DNA from: the human T2T-CHM13v2.0 reference genome, Homo sapiens | Direction: 5' to 3' (one strand) | Assembly (NCBI RefSeq): GCF_009914755.1 | Contig: NC_060948.1 | DNA: 64,000 nucleotides | In this document: positions 14,996 to 29,250 of the stretch, piece by piece | Layout: each line of letters starts with the position of its first letter | Numbering within the stretch: the stretch's first letter is position 1 | The notes under the pieces: generated by a model | Database searches by the model: none | Told to the model about the DNA's origin: nothing | Seen by the model: only the letters and a program-made list of their open reading frames with translations | Made by a program: the position numbers and the translations under genes

Positions 14996-16427
14996 ATAGC
15001 AGCCTGAAATGGACTAAGCCATCTCATAAGAAGAGGGGATAAGGACACATATATGCGGAGTCGACCCTGTGAGTACAAGGGAGACTGTGGTGTTGGCAAG
15101 CCCAGGATAGAGACCTCAGGAGGAGCCAGCCCAGCCCACACCTTCCTCTGGGACTTCCAGCCTCCAGGAGTGTGAAAAATAAATGTCTCTTTTTTAAACT
15201 TCCCAGTTTGTGGTTCTTTGTTATATAAGCCTGAGAAAAGTAACACAAAGTAATACAAAGCAGATGGTTTTGTGACACAAAATACTAATAGTAATGGTCT
15301 TGCTATTAATTAAGGGATCAGAAGGATAGGTATGATTAAAAAGATATTGTTTGATGGTTCAGCTTCCAGATATTACCAGCATGCAGATTTAGAGAACCGG
15401 TGTTTTCTTTAGCATTTTGGTCCCATCTTTTATAAGAGGCAGAGTTTCCAAAGAGGGATAAAGAGGATGAATGGGAGGAAAAAGAGGGGAGCATGAATAA
15501 TTGAGAAAAAAGCTAAAGCTGACAGAAAGGAGATATAAGGATAATCTATAGTTCAACTCTGTTCTTAAAACTGGATAATTGAGCTATTTTCCAAATGCAA
15601 TATTACTTATACATAATGGAGAAAAACAAGAAAAATTGTTTTCCAAGATTAAGTGGCATTCCTAATTGCCCATAAAAAATTACAGATCACTTTTGTAGAT
15701 ACCAGGATACCATACCACCCTTCACCCACAATTTGGGACATACTACTTATAATAGTTGACAGCTTTAATATCATTTCAGCTACCAGGATCTAATTTGTCC
15801 GCCTGGGATAATTTTTCCCTAGAGAACAGATGGAAAATGCGAGTTTCACAAACAGTAAATAATTCTGTGAGCCTCTTTGAAAACTCACTGAACTGATGCT
15901 TCCTCTGCAACATTGCTACCTTCAATTTTACTGATAGTAACTTTTGAAGCTGGATATTCAAACCTACATGCCATGTTATACTTTACATGGGAAACGTGGG
16001 GAGCGAATAATTTCATTTATAAGTTAATATTTACTGAAAAATGAAAATGTATGGTCCTAGGTCAACAATTGCTATCCTCAGTCTCACCTGCCATTAACGA
16101 AGGGATCAGCAGGATGAATACTATAAATATTGTTTGATGTTTCAGCTTCCAGATATTACTAGCGTGCAGAGTAAAATATTTTTTACTGTTATCTTTAACA
16201 ATACATTTTTTAAAACTCTAATTTAAGTGTGCAATATGTTTTCAAACTTCTACTGCCAGTTTTTATGATGAAAATTTTACACTTAAATTTTATATCTCAG
16301 TATTCTATAAGAAGAAAAATAAGAATTAAAGATAAGGCAGATAAGAAAAGGCATAAAATCAAAGATTTGTGATTTACTTTACTTAAAACTGCTCAGGAAA
16401 TGGAATTATACAAATACTAACATATAT

Positions 16428-16783
16428 TGTCTTGTATTAGCTACTGTAACAAAATACCATAGACTGGGAGGCTTATAAACAACAGACATTTATTGCTCAT
16501 GTTTTTGGAGGCTGGAAGTCCCAGATCAAGGTGTGGTAGATCGAGTGTCTGGTGAAGGATTCCTGGTTCCTAGATGGAGAGTTCTTGCTGTGTTCTTACA
16601 TGGTGGAAGGGGTAAGGGAGAAGGGCACTCCCTTGGTTCACTTTTATAAAGGCACTCTTCATATTCATGAGGCCCCACCCTCACGATCTCATCACCTTCC
16701 AAAGGCCCCACCTCCCAACACCATTACCATGGAGGTGAGCGTTCAACACATGAATTTTGGGGAGATACATTCAGTCCATAGCA
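16428..16783 (-). mobile_element. MLT1A0-like LTR
   Basis: aaaataccatagactggg...ggaggctggaagtccc...cattcagtccatagca. Confidence 0.8.
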
Positions 16784-16784
16784 T

Positions 16785-16945
16785 GTACTCACATGTTTAT
16801 ATGTGTATATGTGTATTCACATTTTGTAGATATATGGAATAAATGTTATGTATATGTGTATATCCTTATGTGTGTGTGTATATAATATATCTAATAAATG
16901 TTATGTATATGTGGATGCGCTTATGTGTGTAACATATATATGGTA
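16785..16945. repeat. Degenerate (TATG/TG)n low-complexity tract
   Basis: atatgtgtatat-type repeats; aataaatgttatgtatatgtg occurs twice. Confidence 0.8.
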
Positions 16946-18892
16946 TATTCCAAAATATTGCCCAATTTTTATACATAAAAATTATACTGAATTTTACTGA
17001 ATTATACTGAGTCAAATTTAAAGAATATTTTTCTACATTGTTTAGAATAAATTAAACATTTTACAATTAAAAGAGAGATACATTTTGGTTAACTTAAAAT
17101 AAAATCTCCCCCAAAGGTGACCTGTATGTGATGTGGGCAGGCTTGTGGGAAAACACATATCTTTGGCACAGATTTTTCTTTCCACATGGTTCTGCATACA
17201 CTGCCACTGAGCCCAGAGATACTTGGTCTTGCTGGTATACCAATGGATTATCTCTAAAAACTCCATTTCTCTAACTCTTTCCTTGAGAGCAAGGAAGGTC
17301 AGCTATCTGTTTTTCTGTTTGCTGGTTGCTTTTTCAGTTCAATGATACCATAAATAACCATGAAAGATCCCAGGGCTCATTAGTTGTTTGTGTGATTTGT
17401 AGGGCATTTAAAACCTCCTGCCTGCTATTCCTCCAGATTCTATTTTGGCTATTCTTGGAAGTCAGAAAGTTCGTTTTTCTCTTTTAGTGAAAAGCTCTAT
17501 CAAAATCCTTTTACATGCAGTTTTCCATTGTAAGACCAATAAATGGTAGATTTATTATTCTATCCATTTTTTCCCAGCACAGCTTCAACACAAAACAAAG
17601 TTGTACCACAGTTAACATTAAAGCCACATGACTATTTTTGGGAAAACTGCAGAATATCTCTTTCAGACCTTATGGGTGAGATGGGAAGGGACGAAGTAGT
17701 TTTCTGTTTTGTCAAAGGGAGATTTTCTTTACAGAGACATTAGATCATTCAAATCAACCATTTTGGAACACTGAATTTCCTTTTAATGAAAAACAAGTTT
17801 TTGTTTATTTTCAATGTTAACTGATGTGGTAAATGAATGTTTTTGGCATCCCCTTTGGGCAAAGTGGAAGACTGGCACATGGTACCAGTAAGTGAATTAA
17901 TAAATGATTTTTAAAATGTAAATAAGTAAATAAATTAATCCAGAAACATCATTATCTGTCAATGTTCCTGTTAATAAATCTTCAACAACCATATGTTAAC
18001 TGAAGCCAATGCAGAATTATTCTCTGGGGAAATTTTTTTCCCCACCAGACATATCCGCACCCCCTTTTCTTGCAAGGTTGTGATTAGATGCAACATTTTG
18101 CTGGATAATTCCATATTCTTGAGAAGACACAATGCTAATTTTTGCTGTCTTCATTGTCATCAATATCTGGAGTATGGTCTTCCTGAAGATGCTAACTTTG
18201 AAATTTCTACTCTTAAATCTTCTTTAGACTTCAAGGTAAACTACATCAGTAATGAAGGATTATATGAGGGATACTCAGCCCCTCTATATATGTATTCTAA
18301 ATTTTACCCTGGAGTTAACTCATAGCATTAAAAAGCCTCAGAGCTAAGAAACAACTTCAGATATGGAATTCAATGTTTCTAAGACACTCTGGCACCAAAT
18401 AAGACATTTGTTTTGCAAAGCTTAAGCTACCTGTAGTTGGATATTTACTTCAATTTGAAAAACATTATTTAAACATCTAAGGAACTTGCTGGTTTTGGGA
18501 CAGGATTCATTAATACGCTGTATGCTGCAGCCTTGGACCATGTTTGCATACATATTATCCTTATATCTGTCTGCCTTAGGGTTTAACATGGTGTTCACTG
18601 ATGACTTAAATGAGTCTACTTTCATGTCATGGAGTTATAGCCAAGCTAAATACAGAGACAAACATTTATCCTAGTGTTGGTGGAATTCTACATACCAGTG
18701 TGCCCATGCACACACACACACACACACCACTCTCCTTTTTAGGTACTCTGTCTTACAGGAATCTCTCTGTGACTTTGTCATTGTGGCAATTGGGAAAATA
18801 GAATAATTGATATGGTAATTTAGGAAGATCAACAGTAGCATCAGTTGATCAAAGTATCTCCCATTTCCAAATTAATCTTTGCCCTTGAGCAG

Positions 18893-18999
18893 AGAAGAAA
18901 TGCTCCTTACTGTTTTCCAACTGCCTCATTCCCTGCCAGGCATAGCATAGAAGAAATGCTCTTTAGTGTTTTCCAACTGCCTCATTCCCTGCCAGGCAT
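18893..18999. repeat. 56-bp tandem duplication
   Basis: agaagaaatgctc(c/t)tta(c/g)tgttttccaactgcctcattccctgccaggcat at 18893 and 18949. Confidence 0.9.
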
Positions 19000-19820
19000 C
19001 TTGATCCTAAGTCATGGTATCTTGAGGAAAAACATGAGAGCTTGCTTCACGGGCTGAGGTCATACTATGAATAACACAATTATTAGGGTGAATGTAATTG
19101 GAGGTAAGAAATGCATTGAGAAGAATCATTTATCCTCAGACTTCCAAGGTGCAGAAGTGATAAAAATATGAGTAGTAGAACATTCTTCAGTTAAACATGG
19201 TCCCATACATAAGGAACCTATTCAGACATACTCATGCCCTGTGCTGTCTGAGTCACTCAAGCACATGTTTGCTTTTCAGAATCAGGAGAAGGAGCCAGAA
19301 TGGAAACTCCTGAGGGATAGTTTCCTGTTTAACATTCTTATCCAAGACAATCTTCCTAGCTGCTAAGTCTGTAGATAGCTCAGCAGTTGTGGTGCTCATA
19401 TCCATTCGTTCATGGGTAGGGGTGATGTGCCGATGCTCTTCCAGGCAGAATACTCAATGAAGGTGATAAGGGAGTGAACAAAATGAGCCAAGCAGGCTCC
19501 TGGAATACATGGTCTAGTGGAGGCAGATAGTTATAAAAAATCAGGCAAATAGCTGTATCATTATAGACTGTGGTAGATAGTATGAGGGAAATAAATATGA
19601 TGCCAGCAGAAATTGTAACAAAGGGAATGAACTAGTTCAGGAGGTCACAGATAAATTCTACATGCTCCAAAAAGAAGACAGAGCAAGGCAAAGCATCTGC
19701 AGCAGGAGTAGGTAGGACTAGAGAAAATCTAGGTTTTCAGGGAAGGTGAAGAGTAGAGAGAAGTGTGAGCCAAAACCAGGCAAAGCAGGACATCTTGAGG
19801 GCCATCAAAAATGACATTCA

Positions 19821-20297
<477 letters not shown>

Positions 20298-20501
20298 TTA
20301 GGAAGCAGATAAAGTGTCCAGATAAGAGGCCAAGGTAGTTTCCACCAGACAGATGGTGACAGAAATGGAGAAATGCAGTCAAATGAGAAACATCTATGAG
20401 TACAGGAGCTAGATTGATTACAAGGGGAAAATGAAGATCTCCAAGTTCCTGGCTTATGGAACTGGACATGAAAGGCTGGGACACAAGTTTGTTCTTTGTT
20501 C

Positions 20502-20903
20502 TTGTGTTAGTGTGTTTTATGTTACTACGGAGGCTGGATGGTTTAAAGAAAAGAGGTTCATTTGGCTCACAGTTCTGAAGACTACAAGAAGTTTGGCACT
20601 GACATCTACTTCTGGGGAGGACTTCAGGCTGCTTCCCATCATGCCAGAAGGCAAGGGGAGCTGGTGTGTGTACAGAACACATGGCAAGAGAGGAAGGCAG
20701 ATATAGATACCAGGCTCCCTTAAACAACCAGCTCTCATATGAGCCAACAGAGCCAAAACTCACTCATTACCAGGGAATGGCACCAAGGCATTCATGAAGA
20801 ATCCACTCCATGACTCAAACACCTCTCACTCAACTCTACCTCCAACATTGGAGATCAAATTTCAACATGAGATTTTGAAGGGAAAAATACCCAAAGTGTA
20901 TCA
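20502..20903 (-). mobile_element. MSTB-like solo LTR
   Basis: aagaaaagaggttcatttggctcacagttctg...atcaaatttcaacatgagatttt...gtatca. Confidence 0.85.
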
Positions 20904-21248
20904 GGCATTGATAAGCGTAATGATCTTTGAGATAGCTGAGAGGAAATGTTGGAAAGACTTGAATATATGGGTCTGGAGTATGTAGAGAAGACATGAACTG
21001 GAAACATACATTTGGAGTGACTGACCTGCACACATTGATAGAAGTCAGGGGCAGAGATGGAAAAACTTACAAAAGGTGCATAAAATTACAGGAAATAGTC
21101 CAGGGGAAAGTTTTGACGTGCTCCAACATTCAATTGTCTGTTGAACAGTGAAGGTCAAATGCATCCTACGGATTGAGTGATTTAATTGAATTATGGTGAG
21201 CTTGCAGAGAGCTGTAATTAAGGGAGAGTTATAGGATAAATTTCAGAC

Positions 21249-21978
21249 TGAAATTGCCTTTGCAATATTATAACTGAGGAAATTGTGACAGTGAAAGAGA
21301 TAGACCTAAATGACTCCATTTTGCTTCTAACCTCTAAGTTGTGCTTGTTCATTTCTCGGCATAGACTGAACTAATTTTGGGAAGGAATTTACTTCATGGT
21401 TTGACTCTGAAACAAAATTGAAAACAACCCTTTCCCCAAAAAGAAACACTTCTTGACGGGGACCAGCCTGCCTTTGCAGGAAAAACAAATTAGCTGCAAG
21501 ATTAGAAATTATAATTTAGGAGTCATGCAGCAGTGGGCTGTAAGAGTCTGAACCTCCCCACATTGCTTCTGGGGATAACATTACTATTGTAAAACCTGAG
21601 ATCAGTGCTTGAGATATTTTGCAGACCCTACACTTAATGAATCAGTTGATACCACCCAGACTAGTAATCTGGCTCAACCAGTTCTGCCCTCCCACCCAGG
21701 AACAGAAAACAGCAAGAAAACCTCACTTTGACCTGGTACAATTCCATCTCCAACCTGAACAATAAGCACTCTCCAATTCCCAAGGCCCAACCCACCAAAT
21801 TATGTTTAAAAACTCTAATCCCTAAATGCTTAGGGAGACTGAATTGAGTAATAATAAAACTCTTGTCTCCCACACAGCTGACTCTGCATGAATTACTCTT
21901 TCTCCATTGCAATTCCCCTGTCTTAATAAGTTGGCTCTGTCTAGGCAGTAGGCAAGGTGATCCCATTGGGTGGTGACA
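21249..21978 (+). mobile_element. LTR8A solo LTR (ERV1)
   Basis: tgaaattgcctttgcaatattataactgaggaaattgtgacagtgaaagagat...aataaaactc...ggcaaggtgatcccattgggtggtgaca. Confidence 0.85.
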
Positions 21979-22058
21979 GGATTAGAGTTAGTCAAAAATG
22001 AGGGAAATGGAGACTTCAAGTATCCACAACTCGAAGAATATTGCTGATATTCATTTCA

Positions 22059-22152
22059 CTGGGCAACCCACTCAGGTCCCCTTCCTCACTGTGAAAGCTT
22101 TGTTCTTTCACTTTTCACAATAAACCTTGCTATTACTCAAAAAAAAAAAAAA
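22059..22152 (+). mobile_element. Polyadenylated ERV1 LTR R-region retrocopy (MER51/LTR12-like)
   Basis: ggcaacccactcaggtccccttcc...ctgtgaaagctttgttctttc...cacaataaaccttgctattactc followed by poly(A); TSD attcatttca on both sides. Confidence 0.8.
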
Positions 22153-22272
22153 ATTCATTTCATCCATGTTTCCACATCACCTTATGTCATCTATATATGG
22201 TAACACATATCATCTTATATCATCAGAAAGACAATACTGCGTCTTATTACTTTGCTTACCTGTATATATTAT

Positions 22273-23336
<1,064 letters not shown>

Positions 23337-23387
23337 ATACAGTTTCAATTTAGTAAGAAATTGTACATTACATTTCACTGACTGAAG

Positions 23388-23749
23388 TGCCATGCACATC
23401 CATGTGAAGAGACCACCAAACAGGATTTTGAGTAATAAAGCTTTTTAATCACCTGGGTGCAGGCAGGTTGAGTCCAAAAAGAGTCAGCAAAGGGAGATAG
23501 GGGTGGGGCCATTTTACAGGATTTGGGTAGGTAATGCAAAATTACAGTCAAAGGGGGTTGTTCGCTGGTGGGCAGGGGCGGGGGTCAGAGGGTGATCAGA
23601 GGGGGAGCTTCTGAGCCAGGAGAAAGAATTTCACAAGATAATGTCATCAGTTAAGGCAGGAACTGTCCATTTTCACTTATTTTGTGACTCTTCACTTGCT
23701 TCAGGATATCTGGATGTATATGTGCAGGCTTGGGCTCAGAGGCCTGACA
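23388..23749 (-). repeat. HERV-H 3' LTR (LTR7B/C-like)
   Basis: Reverse complement tgtcaggcctctgagcccaagcctgcac...ggtctcttcacatggatgtgcatggca. Confidence 0.95.
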
Positions 23750-23909
23750 TTCTTCTCTTCTTATATTAATAAGAAAAATAAAATGAAATAGTGGTAGAGT
23801 GTTGGGGTGGCAAAAATTTTTGGGGTGGTATGGAGAGATAATGGGCGAAGTTTCTCAGGGGTGCTTCAACGGGAATTGGGGGCGGCATGGGAACATACAT
23901 TAGGAGAGA

Positions 23910-25647
23910 TTAAGTTGAGAGAAGATTTTGTGGTAAGGGGTGATATTGTGGGGTTGTTAGAAGGAATATTTTTCTTATAGAATGATTGATGATGGCCTGG
24001 ATATGGTTTTGTATGAATTGAGAAACTAAACAGAAGACACAAAGTCTGAAGAAGCGAAGGAGAAAAACAGATCTAAGAATTGGGAGAACCCAGGACATCC
24101 AGTCAGAGTGCCTAAGGGGATTCAGCATGATTATTTGCTTGGTTGGTGAGTTTTGGGCTCTATCCTTGCATTTTTTATGTTTTCATATTAGAAGACAGAT
24201 TGATTTAGGTAAAAAAAAATACTCTTCATTTAAAAATATACGGAGTCCTCCCTTTTCAGCAGTGAGTAATTCATGGCCTCGGGAGTTCTGGAAGACAACG
24301 GCAGCTAGAAAGTCAACTTTGGCCTGAAGGACTGATAAAGTTAGTGATATGTCTGTGATGCTAGCACAGAAGTCATTAGAGAGGCTATGGAAAGTTGTGA
24401 CAGAGATTGAAATGCCTGCTATTCCAGTACCGAGAGCAATAGTGGAGGCAGAAAGTCCTAAACCCACAAGCAAGGGAATTGGTGGAATAACCTTTTTGTA
24501 ATGTCGCTGTCATGAAGGGAACAGGAAGCTCTTTGGTTCCATTTGCAAATTAAATTCTGGGAGTAAGAATAACTAGTGTGAATGTGCCTGTCCAATTAGG
24601 AGGTAGACACGTCTAGGTAGAGGATCCACAGAGGAAGAAGAGACCTTGTGCAAGGCAAAACTGGAAATACAAAGTAAAAAGATGAGAAGGAGAACTAAAA
24701 GAGGTGTCTTGTACCCAGACTTCTAGGGATCCAGCTAACGCGGCAGCAGTCAGAAGTTGTAATGGGGACTGATGGGGTAACTGTGTAAAGGGAGATGTTT
24801 GATTTTCATGGTGTATGAGAAAACATCAAGTGTTTACTAGCAACCTTTACTGTTATTTACAGAGCTGGGTATAAGTAAACAAGAAGAGGGCCTGGGAGGA
24901 GAGTCTGATGAGCAAGGGGAAGGTAGCCAAGGATGGAGTGAAATACAGTGTAAGTGTCTTCCTAAGCAATAATTACTGCTAATGTTTTTAAGTTTGACAG
25001 TATTTGATAGAGGGCTTATCGGTAATGTGGATACAGAAGGCTCCAATTGTTTCAGTGAAGTGTGTAGTTGGTCTTTGGAGCTGAAGAGTGAAGGAACATC
25101 AAGAAGGTGAAAGGTTACCCAGGGGAATTCCAGTGGGTCTTTGCTGAGAGATACATAAAGCAGTGTCCACAGGAATAGTAGTTTGTGTTGTGAGGGGTCC
25201 AAATATGTGTAAGGGGGGAGTAGAGTTGATATAAAGCGAAAGGTTTTTTAAGTAAGTGTGGAGGAGGGCGGCAGCTTGCTGATGTGAAATGTCTGGGGAG
25301 GTTTCACTGGACCTGTCTAGAAAGTAAAGAAGTTCTTCAGGAGGGTAAAAGTGAGGGCTGTTAAAGGAAGTTCAGAGTTATAGGGAGACAGGAGATGTTG
25401 TGCAGTCTGTATGTAATGTGGGGACAGCTGTGTAGGTACAGAAAGAAAGGAAAGTGCAAAGCCAGTAATTATTCACTGAGGGATTAGAAATGGCTAGAAG
25501 AGAGTGAGTGAGATTGATAGTGTGGTGGAGATAGCTGGGGAGAGGTAAAGGGTGACATAAGAATGGGAATAAGAGTGAGTATAAAAGTAAAGAATACCAC
25601 TTCATCAGGGGGAAAGTATTGGAGGGTGCCCTGCCAGCAAATATCAT
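23910..25647 (-). pseudogene. HERV-H env, full length but frameshifted and stop-disrupted
   Basis: N-terminus MIFAGRAPSNTFPLMKWYSLLLYSLLFPFLCHPLPLPSYLHHTINLTHSLL; fusion peptide LVGLGLSASTIALGTGIAG; ISD-like LAAVVFQNSRGHELLTAEKGGL; C-terminus ...TTPQYHPLPQNLLST*. Confidence 0.92.
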
Positions 25648-26099
25648 CTATCCACTCTAAGAGGGAGTTAAGAGTGGCAGTTTGGGGTTAGCACCAGGAG
25701 ATATCAGATGTGGTGGCTTGGAGGAACTGTGTAAACCGGCAGTGTAAACAAGAGCAGGACATTTATGAGTAGTTGAGAACAGTGAATAGGAGTATGACTA
25801 GACAGAAGATAGTAGGGATGACAAGCTTTTGGGGTGTAGTCGAAGTAGTGAGGGTGACAACATAAAGCTCTGTTGCAAAAAGTAGGGTAAGGAAGAATAG
25901 AATTAACAGAATGGAGGGACATATTAGACTCATGAGGGTTATTACTATTCTTCAGAAATGTGGGTGAGTTTAAGGGAAGTAGGGGAGAGTACTTGTGACT
26001 TCCAGGAGGAAGAGGAGAGATTAGACTGGCTGTCCAATGAACACAGCTTTTTCTGGAATGGTGGAACCCAGTGGGGAGTATCCTGAAGGCAGATGGCAC

Positions 26100-29000
26100 T
26101 TGGGGTAATATAGGTGACTAAGTAGGGTCTGGTCTATCGAGGTTGTAGAGTTTGAGGGGTCAGATTCTTAACAAGAACTGACCGTCCAGCTAAGGTGTCT
26201 TCCTATGGCTGGGAATCTGAAGTAGGCAAGAGAAGATTAGCAGCCTGGTGAATTTCCTGTCTAGTCTGCTGGAGGACTGGAAGATAGTCACCTAGAGGGC
26301 TGGTGTCTGGGACAAAGTTGGGGCCAAGCAAGAAAATGCATCCATATAAAAGTTCAAAGGGACTGTACCCTGTAGCATGATGAGAGCAAGCTCTAATTCT
26401 GAGAAGGACAAGAGGTAAAAGTACTGTCCAGTCCCTTTTAAGTTGGAGGCTGATCTTGGTGAGGTGTGTCTTTAAAAGACCATTAGTCCATTCTACCTTT
26501 CCTGAAGACTGAGGATGGTAAGGGATATGAAGTTTCCACTGAATAACAAGAGCCTGAGAAACTGCTTGGGTGATTTGACTAGTAAAGGCCAGTCCGTTAT
26601 CAGACTGTATAGAGGTGGTAAGGCCAAACCAAGGAATTATGACTGACAGAAGGGGAAAATTACCACAATGGCCTTCCCAGACCCTGTGGGAAGGGCCTGT
26701 ACCCATCCAGTGAAAGTATCTCCCAGACCAAGAGGTATTTTAGTTTCCTGAGTCAGGGCATGTGAGTAAAGTCAATTTGCCAGCCCTGGACAGGGGCAAA
26801 TTCTCGAGACTGATGTGTAGGGAAGGAATGGGGCCTGACAAATTCCTGAGGAGTAGTAGAATAGCAGATGGAACACTGAGAAGTGATTTTTTGAGGATAG
26901 ATTTTTATGATGGGAAGGAAAAGGGAGGTTTTAAGAGGCGGGTTAGTGGCTTGTAACTTACATGGAAGAGGTTATGAAACGACAGAATAGAGTGGGCCTG
27001 TGAGGCTGGAAGGAGATATTTTCTTTGGTCTAAGAATCATTTGCCTTGTGTGGGAAGAGATTGATAGGTGGAAGTTTCAGTGGTGGAGTAGGTGGGATTG
27101 ACTGATGAGAAGGAAAACTGGCCATGAGGGACAGAAATTGGAATACTAACTGCTTCTTTAGCTACCTTATCAGCATAAGTGTTTCCCTGAGCAATGGCAT
27201 CCGATGCCTTTTGATGGCCCTTGCAGTGAATGACTCCAGCTTCCTTTGGAAATAAAGCTGCCTTGAGAAGAGTTTTTATTAAAGAGGCATTAATGATGGA
27301 GGACCCTTGTGTAGTGAGGAAACCTCTCTCAGCCCATATAACAGAATGGTGGTGCAGGATGTGGAAGGCATATTTAGAGTCAGTATAAATATTGATATGC
27401 AGTCCCTTTGGAAGAGTGAGGCCCTGAGTTAAGGCAATGAGTTCGGCTTTCTGAGAGGTAGTGGAGGGGGCTAGAGTAGTAGCCTCAATGATAGATGTGG
27501 AAGATACTACAGCACAGTCTGCCTTTGCTGGTGAGTGGTGATTAGGCCTGATGGAAATGCCATTAATAAACCAAGTGTGATCAGGGTGAGGAACAGGAAA
27601 GAATGAAATATGGGGAAATCAACTGAATGCCAGGTGAATTACAGAGATACGGTCATGGGGGTCAGGTGTGGTATCAGGAATAATGCAGGAGGCCATATTG
27701 AAGTCCAGGCCAGGAACAATAGTAATTGTGGAAGACTCAACAAAGAGTGAGTATAGCTGAAGGAGCCAGGGAGCAGAAAGTATATGCATCAGGTGTGAGG
27801 AAGAAAATAGCTTTTGGAAGTTACGAGAACTGTAGAGAGTGAGTAGCATAGTTTGTGATTTTTGAGGGCCTCTAAAAGTACTAGGGCAGTGGCAGCTGCT
27901 GCATGGAGACATCATGGACAGACTAAAACAGTAAGGTCAAGTTGTTTGCACAAAAAGCCTACAGGGCATCATCCCAGCTCTTGCGTAAGAATTTTGACTT
28001 CATAGTCCTGCACTACAGCTGTGTGTAATGAAAAAGGGTTGGGATGAGTTAGAGAGAGCTAGTGTGGGAGTAGCTTTAGGGCTGTTTTTAAGGAATGGAA
28101 AGAGGAGTGGTGACAGGATTTAGGATCTATGGCGTCAGCTAGGTTTGCTTTTGTGAGTTTATATAATGATTTATTCAGGATAGTAAAACAAGGTATTTAA
28201 AGGCAGAAGAAGCTAACCATCCCTAGGAAGGAAAGGAGTTGTTGTTTTGTAGTAGGGGTAGGTGTTTGGGAGATTAGCCAGACATGATCATCAGGGAGAG
28301 CACGTGTGTTCTTATGAAGAATTATGCCAAGATATATAATGGATAAGGAAGAAATTTGAGCTTGACTGAAGAAATGGGGGCTGTCCATGAAGCCTTGCAG
28401 CAGAACAGCCCAACTAATTTGCTGAGCCTGATGGGTGTCAAGGTCAGTCCAGGTGAAAGTGAAGAAAGACTGGGATGAAGCATGCAAAGGAATAGTAAAG
28501 AAAGCATGTTTGAGACCCAGAATGGAATAATGGGTTATGGAGGTATTGTGAAGGGAGGTATTGAGGATAGGAGAATATATGGGTTTGGCACCATGGGGTG
28601 GATAGGCAAAATAATTTGGTTGATAAGGTGCAGATCTTGAACTAAAGTGTAAGACTTGTCTGGTTTTTGGACAGGTAAAATGGAGAATTGTAAGGAGAGT
28701 TTATAGGCTTTAAAAGTCCATGCTGTAACAGGAGAGTGATAACTGGCTTTAATCCTTTTAGAGCTTGCTGTGGGATGGGATATTGGCATTGAGTAGGGTA
28801 AGAGTGATTAGGTGTTAACGGGATGGTAAGGGGTGCATGATTGGTCACCAAGGAGGGAGTAGAGGTGTCGCATACCTGTGGATTAAGGTGGGGAGGTAAA
28901 AGGGGAGGATGGGAAGGAGGCTTTGAACTGGGGAAAAGGGCAGCAGTGAGGTGTGGCTGTAGCCTAGGAATAGACAGGGTAGCAGATAATTTTGTTAAAA

Positions 29001-29250
29001 TGTCTCAACCTAATAAGGGAACTGGGCAGGTCGGGATAAGTAAAAATGAGTGCATTAAAGAATGTTGTCCAAGTTGGCACCAGAGTTGGGGAGTTTTACA
29101 TGCTTTAGAAGCCTCACCATCAATACCCACAACAGTTATGGAGGCAAAGGAAACAGGCTTTTGAAAGGAAGGTAATGTGGAGTTGGTAGCCTCTGTATTG
29201 ATTAAGAAGGCAATGGACTTACTCTGTACTGTAAGTTACTGAAAGCAACT
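26100..29250 (-). pseudogene. HERV-H pro-pol remnant (RT, RNase H, integrase), disrupted and internally deleted
   Basis: QYPIPQQALKGLKPVI, PVQKPDKSYTLVQDL, VLLQGFMDSPHFFSQA, integrase SIQSDNGLAF...HIPYHPQSSGKVEWTNGLLK. Confidence 0.9.

Larger units (their letters stand above)
12975..15240 (+). mobile_element. MLT1B-like tandem-unit LTR containing a nested MLT1A/MSTD-like LTR (~13133-13452) and an LTR12
   Basis: MLT1 start tatgggctgaattctgtccc; nested tgatatcgtctaaatg...tggactaataca; units resume at 13453 and after 14995. Confidence 0.7.

Noticed and set aside
23910-25647. Intact or domesticated env (syncytin-like)
   Set aside because: Split across several short ORFs by frameshifts and stops; immunosuppressive domain and CX6CC region are mutated.
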